Positions 29,101 to 37,191 of a DNA stretch of 61,784 nt are shown here, one piece after another (the first letter of the stretch is position 1; each line of letters begins with the position of its first letter). The notes under the pieces are model-generated. The model was not told the origin of the DNA, did not search any database, and saw nothing but the letters and a program-made list of their open reading frames with translations. Position numbers and translations under genes: made by a program. Source of the DNA: a virus; the IMG/VR virus record IMGVR_UViG_3300045988_109877, positions 1 through 61,784 of that record; one strand, 5' to 3'.

Positions 29101-31834
29101 GAAAGAGTTTGACAAGTACCAAAAGGCAAATCCCAAAGGAACTAAAACGATTGGGGATTTCGTTGCAAGCCTTGAAGGCAAAGACTATGCAGGACTTACG
29201 GCATTGACGGCAGAAGACGGCAGGGTGAAGTCGATACAATCGCAGATAGACGCCATAGACGAGCAGATGAAGGCTACAGACGACCAATTGTTGCTCCGTA
29301 AACTCGGTGGTCAGAAGAAGCGGTTGAAGGTGGATTTGCTCAACGCCGCAAGGGATGCCGCCGATGACATCCGCAAGGCTTTTGAAAACAATCCGAGCCA
29401 TGATCGGTCAGACATAAATGAATTGTGGAGTCGAGTAAACGAAGTGAACGGCAACACAATTAGGAAGTTGTATGAGAGCGGTATGCTCACGAAGGAGGCA
29501 TACAACGACATCAGCAGTATGTATACGAATTATATCCCTATGAGGGGATTCGACCAAACGACAAGCGCGGATGCCTACGCTTATCTGACGCACGGCGACA
29601 GCGCATTCAACGCACCGATAAAGACAGCCAAAGGGCGCAGCTCCAAGGCTGACAATCCTATAGCATATATGCAGGCGATGGCGGAAAGTGCGATAATGCA
29701 GGGCAACCGCAACGTATTGGTGAAACAAAAGATGTTGAACTTTGTGCGCAACCATCCGAGCGACCTTGCGAGTGTCAGCGATGTGTGGTTGCAATATGAC
29801 TCGGTTGCAGATGAGTGGAAGCCGGTGTTTCCCGACAATATCGGTGCCAATGACAGCGCATCTGTGGTGGCGAAAAAGATGGAGGCATTCGAGGATAAAA
29901 TGAAACAGATGGCAGAGAAACACCCGGACTTGGTGCAAAGAAGCAACGAAGCACCTGACATCCCATATAAGGTGGTAGAGAAAGGGCAGTTGAACGAACA
30001 CCAAGTGCTTGTGAAGCAAAATGGCAAGTCTTACATCATCACAGTCAACGGCAGCCCAAGAGCGGCACAGGCAGCGAATGGCTTGACGAATCCGGACACA
30101 GACCTTACGGGCGCAGTCGGTAAAGTCTTCGAGGGAGCCGAGGCGTTGAACAGACAATTGTCCTCCTTATACACCACGTTGAACCCCGACTTCATTGGCT
30201 CAAACTATGTGCGAGATGCCTTGTACTCAAATACAATGGTGTACGTCAAGGAAGGAGCTAAGTATGGTGGTTCCTTTAATCTCAATTTCGCCAAATACAA
30301 TCCAGCGGAAATGGCGAACCTATATGCAAGTTACAACAAAGGCAGCCTTGACACATCCAATGAAACGCATAGACTGTTTTTGGAGTTTATGCAGAATGGC
30401 GGAGAAACTGGCTTCGTGAACCTAAAGCAGATAGAGAAGAGGAAGTCGGAGATAGCGAAAGCAATCAAGCGGGATGGGAGAATATCCGCGGCACAAATTT
30501 GGGGCGGTTTGAGCGATGCCGTTGATTTCGCCAACAGGGCAGTAGAGAACAGCGCAAGGTTTGCGGCATATGTCACGTCACGGAAGAGCGGACGCAGTGT
30601 AGGAAGGTCAGTATATGACGCAAAAGAGATTTCTGTCAACTTCAACAGAAAGGGAAGCGGCTCTAAATTTATGGGAGCGGAAGGACAGACCAAGGCAGGA
30701 AACGCCGCCGCTTTTGTGTCGGGAGCCGGAAGAGGCTTGTATATCTTTTGGAACGCAGGTCTTCAAGGACTCACTAACTTCTCAAGACAGATAGGGAGAC
30801 ATCCTGGCAGAGCGTTGACATTGGCGTCATTGCTGTTTGGCTTTGGTGCATTGATGTCGTATTTAGGGAATAGAGACGATGACGATGAAAACAATTACTT
30901 CAATCTTCCCAAGTATATCCGCAGAAGCAACGTCTGCTATAAGATTGGAGATTTGTTTGTCACGATTCCCCTTCCCGTTGAGTATCGGTCATTCTATGGA
31001 CTTGGAGAATTGGCGAGCAGCACACTTGCCGGAAAAGAGGACGGAACGACAAAAGACATCGCCAAAGAAGCGGTTTCACAAGTATCGCAGTTGTTCCCTA
31101 TTGACTTTGCAGAAGGAGGCGGAGGACTGCACGCATTGATTCCGAGTGCCGTAAAGCCGATAGTAGAGGCAGAAACCAACACCGCATGGACAGGTCTGCC
31201 GATTTATAAGGACAATGATTTCAACAAGAATATGCCAGAGTACACGAAAGTGTATAAGACCGCCAATAGGCATCTTGTTGAGATAGCGAGAGCGTTGAAC
31301 GATGCCACAGGAGGCAACAAGTACAAAAAAGGCTTTATAGACATAAATCCTGCGAAAATGGAATATGTCCTCAAGGGTATGCTCGGAGGAGCGTTCAGTT
31401 TCCCAGACAAACTTGTCAAAACAACAGAGACGATTATGGGCGACCGTGAATTTGATTGGCGGAACACACCTTTTGCCAACAGATTCGTGAAGAACGCAGA
31501 CGAGAGGACGGAGTACAAGTCTTTGAACGAACAATACTTTAAGTTGAAAGATGAAATGGATGTCGTCAAACAACAGCTGAAAGGCTTTGAAAAAGAAGCT
31601 GATGCCGGGAACGAAAAATACGAAAAGGCTCTGCTTCAATTGGAGGACAGCAAAGATTATGAAAGGTTGGAATTATTCAAGGATTATGAGAAGGAACTTA
31701 AAGGCTTGAACGATGAACTCAAGGAACTAAGGATGTCTCCTGATTATGACAAGGCAGAAGAAAAAGAGTTGCAAAAAGAGATTGCGGAACAACAGAGACA
31801 ATTGATCGACGAGATGAGAGAAATTAAAAAATAA
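20171..31834 (+). CDS. Giant polyvalent protein (3887 aa) with multiple enzymatic modules
   Basis: This is an uninterrupted 11.66-kb ORF. Features by coordinate:
- HEVAH at 24902.
- YHGSGADFDAFD...GWGTYVTE at 25511-25600 (ART-like H/Y).
- HEYTH at 26504.
- C5-MTase motifs at 26950-27900.
- Two related domains of about 130 aa at 24170-24560 and 28010-28460.
- E/A/K coiled coil at 23800-24060.
- Gly-rich hydrophobic segments at 21125-21640 and 30690-30870. Confidence 0.85.
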   Translation: MSDRIKTLYGQLVRNGYDLGGYEKFNAAMHDSNRRRSLYNQLVANRADLGGYEKFSSVVETAPRTTPSAPQKKRDVVADTINMLRTPSSQYTRPQQTQQTAPKKKWSNEVDVYSSMPDVVKQYAPTPTPLKTDSSVSMRSAATSTWNAADRATREEYDRLHPKKEESFWERAARLMTDAEMGMGNENMEKATDMLASHYKTHDLQKLSDQAWNALGATQQKNITDEAYDELKRQYPQATEKELREAAAKVARAKSDETMYNLAVQKNMPDNAISFFARKMAEGNSVASLFTGLARQKAGTVGDLAAETEANERYGKKHKVAGIAGSVVGMASDPLTYAAGGVGGAATKGALWAGGKVLSEAAARKMSQTLGGKLLLGAVGGAANFGTFEAGGEAFNQYKWGGTLDVDPETGRYVVGDFSLGKVASQMGHGLTMGGLTGAFGTWLGNVSTKAAQATTSTLGKLGVRAGELGVGLVGEGTIFATPEFITTYGDYNDIIKSVSDKNSPNYIADDKERSKYIAELKAQRGERMMDIWQDNLAMIAGFKAQHAIKSAGRTISELAASRRGKVGFVERMGRMLDGHPSLALSKEEQAELDKHGYGDLTQMVKEYKVYAQKDGDLPYNKITQLLNDKNVSEAARAKMYYYVTGHSLPMSAVIASNVIDNGDKTYTVQSLGDNGVITSRTYGSRKRADYEKARIDRQAELNGVAMAEQMFDNMDKAERLKAVCTRLAQDKGVSPETLLWLTHKDPKQMTAAEKRWIKEIEAAANEDAPQGENATVRHIKGVILDEYGVDVDKALRKAADSRTDAEKTAISAYNNELVQAVAERKNAISQGETTDAYRRGYEADTQGMRDAYVAQMYEPSEDNAETLRGVESQITESAKYQAALERDELKQMTHKDGSIHLATLKDKDKDGNGKQVYIVDGDIVMKEDGSGIDADASSKSVIIYDPATGEKKMVSPTAVDGIESLGEVKTAEQREAEINAHMQDTIQRSKDWLEGNVANPVGMQIQLGDGRIATIEAMHEDGKSAIATLPDGTQFLVPNDVLQRIVNNGQYADYKARRDAEASKREAEQGTESAPETATEGGQPLPEEASPKEEERREYAQGDVFDVVVDGNKMHAEIVSPKDADGRFVVNVDDGESMRTLYVTPEELAAMEYREEPSPKAEETRLATEDSSDKALERGETPEELLQSIKENEAAVAEAQRTVDAWKAIVGEKSRREEAAKAEAERIATEKAEAERKAAEERERAEAEEEARVEAEKKEAERIAAEKAEEEARVEAERKAEEERIAKQKTEEKVDSPKIDKQGNPIDAEGRLITEKVEDISDLSDDDFNNPKRSVELPKIPKNIDNALGANGKPVIIKKNIFERNKNAHSDLTAEQSREILKTALYSADLYAKNQKSKRPFNWVIIKTKDHDGKNKLVLLEVNDNKDNVEIVHWHYLDDRGLEKIKKQAEREGGQLLILPSEKEEAGALSSRTSDLPADKGSEKAEKKQEKQSVFDKAKEIADKEEKKRKAEAEDDKPKEQSLTEAERKDAEEVAGALGYRVEWVDTMAENGTIDADKKVIRIAKDAENPLVQVLGHEVAHGVKRMDGGKFKALQKAAMEVVGEKEWNERIEKKRNLNAYAEGKLAEEVTCDIVGEALNDKDALKRLAESLRGERGILARLRDAVVRMVEYFKNRGDKEGVRRMKAADRLLAEFESALKEGVAPEQVKPEGVDRSVRESRSEKTELTAEERELRDNLVERMRKGGLDVVTDSEEMQRVIDTENERTRMMGAGSVREHRVYHGSGADFDAFDHSHMGEGEGAQAYGWGTYVTEVEGIGRTYAIQNTTKHNDALRALQHDVDAISDQLNRHRDDLKYDEEQLKRANEWRAEAELDYELFRDEAEKLKEKYGEASPKYRNHLFNDIYTDEMKRAQSSVKSTEKSIQYRKEKIAELEKALKDKQAEIDELPKEFPRHLYTVEIPDDNGSNYLDWNGHPAESLLKDVGSFLESEGFERVQDDNPARYEKGESTVVLNPNATGADLYAELREALGSDKKASQALAELGCIGIKYPADNMRGGREDGAKNYVIFNENDTKITAHTRFLRTAGGEVYGLVKDGRIYLDPKVATAETAVHEYTHLWGDMLRRKDPEQWSHTVKELKNSVLWEEVKESYPELKTDDEIADEVLSTFSGRRGAERLREEARRVADGEGGVFTKAKAIETLERVKEAIARFWEGVARMFGINRYRSAEELADMAMRDLLDSKNPMKDESGMRKRGEVGETLATSGTYFSGGGLLEAGLKGVIDPKVAVEFSEKIAGVYADNHGNHIVVADVRDVDPKKLVGAVDGGEVQYFHASPVCKNFSKAKREGGEVELDKETALSTAEFIAKTRPKVVTIENVKGYRNSEALKIITDELTRQGYDWDADVYNAADYGGYTKRERLIVRAKRDGKLPPKPEKLPEELRKKGWYSAVEDLIPHLEEKKTGVPQGTDERLKNSGIDYRTIDKPLYVFGRGYANKTVGHAFADELLPTLTTGGGDIIIMPDGRVLKASPRVLARVTGLPDTYKMPETDQLSHTIVGNGIPTQLTEGVIAPLLDNAIPSAERATKRESVFDVADRVSQNLEERTRAMAERIAEQPVEEINNRFNEELEKYQNNELPKGHRFELGMPSAELQSAGFPTLPISMRSSLLAKKAGAERHPFAPTDLRDLVNAIQKPIAIFNYSKNNMRNLIVDVSRGGKHFLVGVTLNYKADNIEINSVSGLFPKENHEWIKWIQDGKVLRIDQKEKVQDLINSLRTNPAESERIGLNLDDVAKKVKDFENPKLFDGKISEVDKKGSDSTDRSVRENPKNEDKPRFSRKPGESIFDYASRVSEDVDRSVRERVSARDEYEKKVKSKGFQTKEALQNSMLGLQEFMLAIDHASGNKRYIEDIPDFENPILGENRLSSVNKEEMHQVAKTQFKPLMSAVAKLSGNGKESGELYDYMFAKHGLERDAVMRQREAQKEFDKYQKANPKGTKTIGDFVASLEGKDYAGLTALTAEDGRVKSIQSQIDAIDEQMKATDDQLLLRKLGGQKKRLKVDLLNAARDAADDIRKAFENNPSHDRSDINELWSRVNEVNGNTIRKLYESGMLTKEAYNDISSMYTNYIPMRGFDQTTSADAYAYLTHGDSAFNAPIKTAKGRSSKADNPIAYMQAMAESAIMQGNRNVLVKQKMLNFVRNHPSDLASVSDVWLQYDSVADEWKPVFPDNIGANDSASVVAKKMEAFEDKMKQMAEKHPDLVQRSNEAPDIPYKVVEKGQLNEHQVLVKQNGKSYIITVNGSPRAAQAANGLTNPDTDLTGAVGKVFEGAEALNRQLSSLYTTLNPDFIGSNYVRDALYSNTMVYVKEGAKYGGSFNLNFAKYNPAEMANLYASYNKGSLDTSNETHRLFLEFMQNGGETGFVNLKQIEKRKSEIAKAIKRDGRISAAQIWGGLSDAVDFANRAVENSARFAAYVTSRKSGRSVGRSVYDAKEISVNFNRKGSGSKFMGAEGQTKAGNAAAFVSGAGRGLYIFWNAGLQGLTNFSRQIGRHPGRALTLASLLFGFGALMSYLGNRDDDDENNYFNLPKYIRRSNVCYKIGDLFVTIPLPVEYRSFYGLGELASSTLAGKEDGTTKDIAKEAVSQVSQLFPIDFAEGGGGLHALIPSAVKPIVEAETNTAWTGLPIYKDNDFNKNMPEYTKVYKTANRHLVEIARALNDATGGNKYKKGFIDINPAKMEYVLKGMLGGAFSFPDKLVKTTETIMGDREFDWRNTPFANRFVKNADERTEYKSLNEQYFKLKDEMDVVKQQLKGFEKEADAGNEKYEKALLQLEDSKDYERLELFKDYEKELKGLNDELKELRMSPDYDKAEEKELQKEIAEQQRQLIDEMREIKK
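26950..27900 (+). other. Embedded C5 cytosine methyltransferase domain within the polyvalent protein
   Basis: YFSGGGLLEAG (motif I), HASPVCKNFS (variant of motif IV with Cys retained), VVTIENVKG (motif VI), YTKRERLIVRA (motif VIII-like), VGNGIPTQL (motif X). Confidence 0.7.
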
Positions 31835-31850
31835 CTACGCTTAACTGATT

Positions 31851-33842
31851 GTGTTCTATAACTTTGAGGATATGATAAAGGTTAACAAGAATAGAATGAT
31901 ACCGTTGTCTCGGCTTACTCAAAGAGAGCGAGCCGAGATGGACACGGTCAAGTTTGACAACAAGTTCAACGATGACCGCAAAGCGACAGACATCCTTTTC
32001 CTTGCGAAGAACTATTGGGATGCTATGAGCAAGTTCCGCAAAGACCGGAAGCGCAACAAAGATTACAATTACGGCAACCAATGGGGCGACAAGGTGGTAG
32101 TGGACGGCAAGGCGATGACCGAGGAGGAGTATATCATAAAACAAGGCGGCACACCGCTGAAGTCCAATCTTATCCGCAGGCTTGTGCGCAACGTGCTTGG
32201 AGTGTACCGCACTCAGACCAAGGAGCCAATGTGCGTGGCGCGAGACCGAGACGAGCAGACGCTTGGAGAAACGATGTCGACCATACTCCAGTACAATTGG
32301 CAGTTGAACGATATGCAGGAGATAAATGCAAGGTCGTATGAGGATTTCCTCATAGGCGGTCTTGTAGTGCATAAGAAAACGTTCGGGTGGCGCAACGGCA
32401 AGTGCGACTGCTGGACAGACTATGTCAACCCGGACAATTTCTTCGTTGACAACAGAGTCACCGACTTCCGCAGTTGGGATACGCAGGTAATAGGCGAGAT
32501 ACATGACTATTCGTTCGAAGATGTGTGCCGAGAGTTCGCACATTCACCGGAAGACTATGCCGCATTGCGAGGAATCTACGCACAGGCGCACAATGCCAAG
32601 TACTATTCCATAGACACGTCATATACTTTCGGATCGAAGAGGGAAGGAGACCTTGACTTCTTCATTCCCAAAGACCCTAACCTATGTCGTGTCATAGAGG
32701 TTTGGAACAAGGAGATGAAACCCCGCTTCCGGTGCCATGACTATATGACGGGAGACTACTACAAGATAGACGAGGAAGACTATAAAGAGTTTGTCTTGGA
32801 CGAGAACCAACGCAGAAAGGAACAGGGTATGGCGCAGGGCATCGAGGAGGACGACATCCCTACCATTGAGGCTGAATGGTTTATGGATGACTATTGGTAT
32901 TACAGATTCCTCACCCCTTTCGGTCATATATTGCAGGAAGGCGAGACCCCATACAAACATCATTCCCATCCGTATGTATACAAGGCATATCCTTTGATTG
33001 ACGGAGAGATTCACTCGTTTGTCAGCGATGTCATAGACCAGCAGAAATACGTCAACCGACTGATAACGCTGAACGACCTTGTCATACGCAGCAGTGCCAA
33101 AGGAGTTGTCCTCTTCCCCGAGGAAGCAAAGCCGGACGGCGTCACTTGGCGAGAGTTGCAGGAGACGTGGGCGAGAGCTGACGGCTTTATGGTGTACAAC
33201 GGCAAGAGCGGCTCCGCACCGAGACAATTGAGCAGCAACAACACCAACGTAGGCATCCAAGAACTATTGTCGTTGCAGTTGAAATTCTTCGAGGACATCA
33301 GCGGTGTCAACGGCGCGTTGCAGGGCAAGCCGGGCTATTCGGGGATGTCGGGAACGTTGTATGCGCAACAGACACAGAACGCCACCACATCGCTTGTGGA
33401 CTTGCTTGAGACATTCTCATCGTTCGTGGTGCAGTCGGCATACAAGGACGTGAAGAACATGCAGCAGTTTTACGACACCAAGAGAGTTGTGAACATCGCT
33501 GGGCGCAGTGGCGGAGCGGTGGTCTACGACCCTGAGAAGATAAACAACATAGAGTTTGACCTTTCCATTGTCGAAAGCACGCAGACACCTGTCGTGCGTC
33601 AGATGGCGAACGACTTCCTTATGCAGATATGGCAGTCCGGTCAGATTACATTGGAGCAGTTGTTGGAGGCTGGCAATTTCCCATTTGCCGACAGTCTGTT
33701 GCAGCAGATCAAGACACAAGGACAGGCGATAGCGCAAGGGCAGCAACCACAGCCGTTGTCGGCAGACGTGCAGCAACAAGTACAGCGGCAGGCGAACCAA
33801 GCCGCTGTACAGCAGATGCAGACTATAATGCAGAGAGCCTAA
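31851..33842 (+). CDS. Portal protein (putative)
   Basis: It is 663 aa and lies between the giant virion protein and TerL. It has a Q-rich C-terminal tail. The GTG start at 31851 could be replaced by the ATG at 31872. Confidence 0.55.
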   Translation: MFYNFEDMIKVNKNRMIPLSRLTQRERAEMDTVKFDNKFNDDRKATDILFLAKNYWDAMSKFRKDRKRNKDYNYGNQWGDKVVVDGKAMTEEEYIIKQGGTPLKSNLIRRLVRNVLGVYRTQTKEPMCVARDRDEQTLGETMSTILQYNWQLNDMQEINARSYEDFLIGGLVVHKKTFGWRNGKCDCWTDYVNPDNFFVDNRVTDFRSWDTQVIGEIHDYSFEDVCREFAHSPEDYAALRGIYAQAHNAKYYSIDTSYTFGSKREGDLDFFIPKDPNLCRVIEVWNKEMKPRFRCHDYMTGDYYKIDEEDYKEFVLDENQRRKEQGMAQGIEEDDIPTIEAEWFMDDYWYYRFLTPFGHILQEGETPYKHHSHPYVYKAYPLIDGEIHSFVSDVIDQQKYVNRLITLNDLVIRSSAKGVVLFPEEAKPDGVTWRELQETWARADGFMVYNGKSGSAPRQLSSNNTNVGIQELLSLQLKFFEDISGVNGALQGKPGYSGMSGTLYAQQTQNATTSLVDLLETFSSFVVQSAYKDVKNMQQFYDTKRVVNIAGRSGGAVVYDPEKINNIEFDLSIVESTQTPVVRQMANDFLMQIWQSGQITLEQLLEAGNFPFADSLLQQIKTQGQAIAQGQQPQPLSADVQQQVQRQANQAAVQQMQTIMQRA

Positions 33843-34150
33843 CGCTTGGTGAACCAATCGAGGAATGCGGAATGTTTAAGGGCGATGATGTCGGCAGGCA
33901 TCTCGCCCTTTCCGTTCCTGTATGGGGTGCAATAGAAACACTCCCTTTGCATATCGGCAACAGACGCATCTTTAGGTATATAGCTCTTACGTTTGAGGAC
34001 ACGGAAGTTGCGTCTGTCAACAACGACAAGTCTGCCATCCTCAGACGGCATCACATAATAGCGGTCACCATTCTCATTGTGTGCGTTGTCCGCTTTTCTT
34101 ACGGCAAGAGAATACACAATCTCAGCCTTGATTTTCTTGAAGATATTCAT
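33839..34150 (-). CDS. Hypothetical protein (103 aa), downstream of TerL
   Basis: ORF is adjacent to (2 nt after) the terL stop. I recognised no motif. Confidence 0.45.
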   Translation of the reverse strand: MNIFKKIKAEIVYSLAVRKADNAHNENGDRYYVMPSEDGRLVVVDRRNFRVLKRKSYIPKDASVADMQRECFYCTPYRNGKGEMPADIIALKHSAFLDWFTKR

Positions 34151-34151
34151 A

Positions 34152-36227
34152 TCAGAATTTTGCTAAAGAGTTAATATTGGTCTTTGTTATCAGTCTATCG
34201 TTGTGTGCTACAACGCTTGGACGTTCCATCTCGAAGAAGCATATATGCAACCCAATGGCACGAGTCATCAGCAAGTCATCGTGTTTTCCGATTTCCGCAC
34301 CGAACGATCCGTTCTGCTTCTGTTCGTAGCATAGATACTCATCAAGGCACCGCTCGTCACGCTCTACATACAGAGCCTCCCTGACGACTTTCACAAGCGT
34401 GGATATAATCATTGGCTTCGTCTGCACGTTGGTATGGAATCCATACTTCACGCTTCTCCCCTCACGGATGTCAATCTCGCTCGGCTTGCGCGCATACAAA
34501 TTGTTGTAGACATTCTTGATTTGGTTGAGGATGAACACCGACTGGTCGCCATCAACCATTCTGTCCCTGTCTTTAGTCTCAAGGGTGTTGGACTCTATGA
34601 CAAGCAGGCTGTCGTTGTATAGTTTGGCTATCTGAGCCGCTTTCCAAGCAAGAAGGTCGTGGTCTATATGTCCGTACCATTGCGCCACCACGCAAGGTTT
34701 TCCGTCCGTCTCCATCATCCAATACCTGTCGAACACCACGACAACGGAGAAGTCGGCTTTGTTGGAACGACCTCCAACGTCCACCACAGTAAGGTATCGG
34801 TTTGCGATGCGCTTGTCAGGGAACACTTCCGGCAATTCCCACACACAGAACTTTCCTTGCGAGTCCGCCTCGAATTTCACGTGCTGCAAAGCCTCCTTGC
34901 CGCTGTCACCGTCACCATACACGTCCCCGACAAGCTGAGGCGGACGACAGGACGGTTTGAGCAATTCCACCTTGTATTTGTCGAACACCGAGCATCCTGA
35001 GTGTTGGAAAGCCTCCACGTCATCAGACGGATATTCGGCAGCCATATCACCGTGTTCATCATACTCGGCACGTTTCAGGCAATACCAATGGATTCCCTCA
35101 AGCGTGGCTCCCTGCTGCCATAGCCACCACAGATACTTTCCGCTGTCGTGCCGTCTGTCCGAGATATACTCGTTAAGTCTGTTCTTGTAGAGATTCCTTG
35201 CAAATTCCTCCCTGTCTTTTATCGGCAGCGTGTATCTCTCAATCTTGAACCACGGCACGAACAAGGATTTGAATGTAGACTTGTTCTCCTTAGCCGCCCG
35301 GTATTCAGACTCGAAGAAATTACCCGTTCCGTTGGCTGTGGACTCATAGACAATCATTGTCATAGGCATAAGACCAGCACCGGAGCAGGCGGTACGCACA
35401 ATCTCCTGCGGTGTCTTGCCCTCGGTCTTCTTCCAAAACGCCACCTCGGTGCAATGTACAAGCGCGGAGTCGCCGCCACGCGCGGAGTTAGGCTCCACGG
35501 CAGTGCCTATCTTCACCTTGCAGTTGCGTTGCGGAATCTTGAAGATGTTCCCCGATGCGGCTTCCGTCATAAACTTAGGCTCGTTGTCCTTGAAAGACGC
35601 ACCGACATCGTACATCATCTCCAATGGATATGCCTGAATCAGTTTGTCGAACATACCTTTCACTTCCACCGAAGCATCCTTTGTGTGACCGACTATAAGG
35701 CTGTTCCATCCCGTCTTGTGGACAAGTTGTATCCACGACATATAAATCTGCGTCACCGTAGAGCCGCCCCATTGGCGAGCCTTCAGCACTATCACACGAA
35801 TGGGCGCACCGGCAAGGCGCATCTCCTCGAACACCGACACAAGCATACGTTGCGGAAGATTCAGCGAAAAAGGAATGTCATCGCCACCCTCCTTGTTCTT
35901 GATCCTTGCGAACACGAACGCCCAAAAGCAGAAGTCGTGCTTGCACCGTATGCGTATAAGTGTTTCCGACAAGGCTTCCTTTCCTATTTCCGGTCTACCC
36001 GACGCTCCGAGGAACTTCGCCAAAGAACCGCACCTAAGCACCGCTTTCACGAAAGGCTCCTCAAGCATCGCTTTCGGCACGTACTGCCTCGGTATGTCAA
36101 AGTCGGGAATCTCAATCCATTCACGTTCCAATATAGCACCTTCTCCGGTCAAAGGATTGAACGGAGCGAAAAGGACGGCATTCCTCTTGTCATTCTCCTT
36201 CAGCAATCGTTCAATTTCTTCTTCCAT
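34152..36227 (-). CDS. terL: Terminase large subunit
   Basis: LKARQWGGSTV is Walker A-like and ALVHCTEVAFW is Walker B-like. The nuclease half shows LTVVDVGGRSNKADFSVVVVFDR and LLVIESNT (RNase H-fold acidic residues). Confidence 0.8.
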   Translation of the reverse strand: MEEEIERLLKENDKRNAVLFAPFNPLTGEGAILEREWIEIPDFDIPRQYVPKAMLEEPFVKAVLRCGSLAKFLGASGRPEIGKEALSETLIRIRCKHDFCFWAFVFARIKNKEGGDDIPFSLNLPQRMLVSVFEEMRLAGAPIRVIVLKARQWGGSTVTQIYMSWIQLVHKTGWNSLIVGHTKDASVEVKGMFDKLIQAYPLEMMYDVGASFKDNEPKFMTEAASGNIFKIPQRNCKVKIGTAVEPNSARGGDSALVHCTEVAFWKKTEGKTPQEIVRTACSGAGLMPMTMIVYESTANGTGNFFESEYRAAKENKSTFKSLFVPWFKIERYTLPIKDREEFARNLYKNRLNEYISDRRHDSGKYLWWLWQQGATLEGIHWYCLKRAEYDEHGDMAAEYPSDDVEAFQHSGCSVFDKYKVELLKPSCRPPQLVGDVYGDGDSGKEALQHVKFEADSQGKFCVWELPEVFPDKRIANRYLTVVDVGGRSNKADFSVVVVFDRYWMMETDGKPCVVAQWYGHIDHDLLAWKAAQIAKLYNDSLLVIESNTLETKDRDRMVDGDQSVFILNQIKNVYNNLYARKPSEIDIREGRSVKYGFHTNVQTKPMIISTLVKVVREALYVERDERCLDEYLCYEQKQNGSFGAEIGKHDDLLMTRAIGLHICFFEMERPSVVAHNDRLITKTNINSLAKF

Positions 36228-36694
36228 TTAATCGGATTGATAAGCAGTCCGTACAACAGACCTGCGATGTAACAATATAGATGGATTATGCCGTTCACAC
36301 TCGGTATGAGCATACCGAGGAGAATGAACGCTGCCATATATGAATGGTAGTAAACCTTGTGCTCCACCAGATAACTGAAGCGACCGAGCAGAACGAAGCA
36401 TATTCCGGACAATCCGACAGTAGGCACGTCCCACATTATAGGAGTGAACGAAGCACAGACAAACGCCACAACAATGTCGGACACCGCAATGTTGAAAGTG
36501 AACGCCACGGCAAGCAGACACCACACGTTCATAAGGCAGTGGATAGCAGAGACGTGGAAGAAATGATAAAGGAATCTGTTGCGGAAAGCGCATCCGTCGA
36601 ATATGGCGAAAGCCTCCACATCGTTCACGAGTAGAAGACAAATAACAGCGGCTGACACCGCAAGCACTATATTGCGAGCTGTCCGTTTCTCCAT
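36200..36694 (-). CDS. Rhomboid-family intramembrane serine protease-like protein
   Basis: HFFHVSAIHCLMNVW (HxxxxHxxxN), VGLSGICFVLLG (GxSG) and IIHLYCYIAGLLYG (His plus GxxxG) are spread across about six hydrophobic helices. Confidence 0.65.
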   Translation of the reverse strand: MEKRTARNIVLAVSAAVICLLLVNDVEAFAIFDGCAFRNRFLYHFFHVSAIHCLMNVWCLLAVAFTFNIAVSDIVVAFVCASFTPIMWDVPTVGLSGICFVLLGRFSYLVEHKVYYHSYMAAFILLGMLIPSVNGIIHLYCYIAGLLYGLLINPIKWKKKLNDC

Positions 36695-37089
36695 CTCTTC
36701 TTGATTTTATGGAGGATGACCTTTGCACTCTTTATAGTGAGATAGAACTTAGGCGCACCGCCCTCTATCACACGTATAACGGCATCCTCAAGTTTGATAC
36801 CTTCGTGAGTCCGCTCAATCTCAGCCACACGCTTCTCTATCTCCTTGAACATCTCTCTGCGAGTGTCGCCCATCTGCGCCAAGTCATAGCCCTTGCGTAT
36901 CTTGTGGATCATCACGACCGCACGTTCTATGGACACCCAGAAATGCGATGTCGGAGAATTTATGGTTGCAGTAAGAATGTCAGAAAGGTTGAACTCCCCT
37001 TTCTGAAGCGACAACTGTTCACGGAACGCACGCATAAGGTCTCTGTCCCTGTCGTCCTTGAAACACGCAATGCTACCTTTCTGTCTCAT
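36667..37089 (-). CDS. Hypothetical protein (140 aa), first gene of the TerL operon; a small-terminase role is possible
   Basis: Position upstream of terL is the only basis for the call. Confidence 0.3.
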   Translation of the reverse strand: MRQKGSIACFKDDRDRDLMRAFREQLSLQKGEFNLSDILTATINSPTSHFWVSIERAVVMIHKIRKGYDLAQMGDTRREMFKEIEKRVAEIERTHEGIKLEDAVIRVIEGGAPKFYLTIKSAKVILHKIKKRWRNGQLAI

Positions 37090-37151
37090 ACCCTATCAAA
37101 ATTAAAAATTACTCAGTTAATAAAAAAGACTGATAGCCAACACGATAGGAG

Positions 37152-37159
37152 TAACTTTG
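37152..37159 (+). promoter_or_regulatory. Bacteroidetes -7 box (TAACTTTG) for the scaffold/capsid operon
   Basis: It matches TAnnTTTG and lies 33 nt upstream of the ATG at 37192. Confidence 0.5.
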
Positions 37160-37191
37160 GGTAAGTAAGAATATAAACAAAGCAAATCAAT

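Noticed and set aside
35148-36272. A plus-strand 374-aa ORF
   Set aside because: It is antisense to the terminase large subunit, which has clear ATPase and nuclease motifs. Its composition is Arg/His/Leu-rich, which is typical of a spurious antisense frame.
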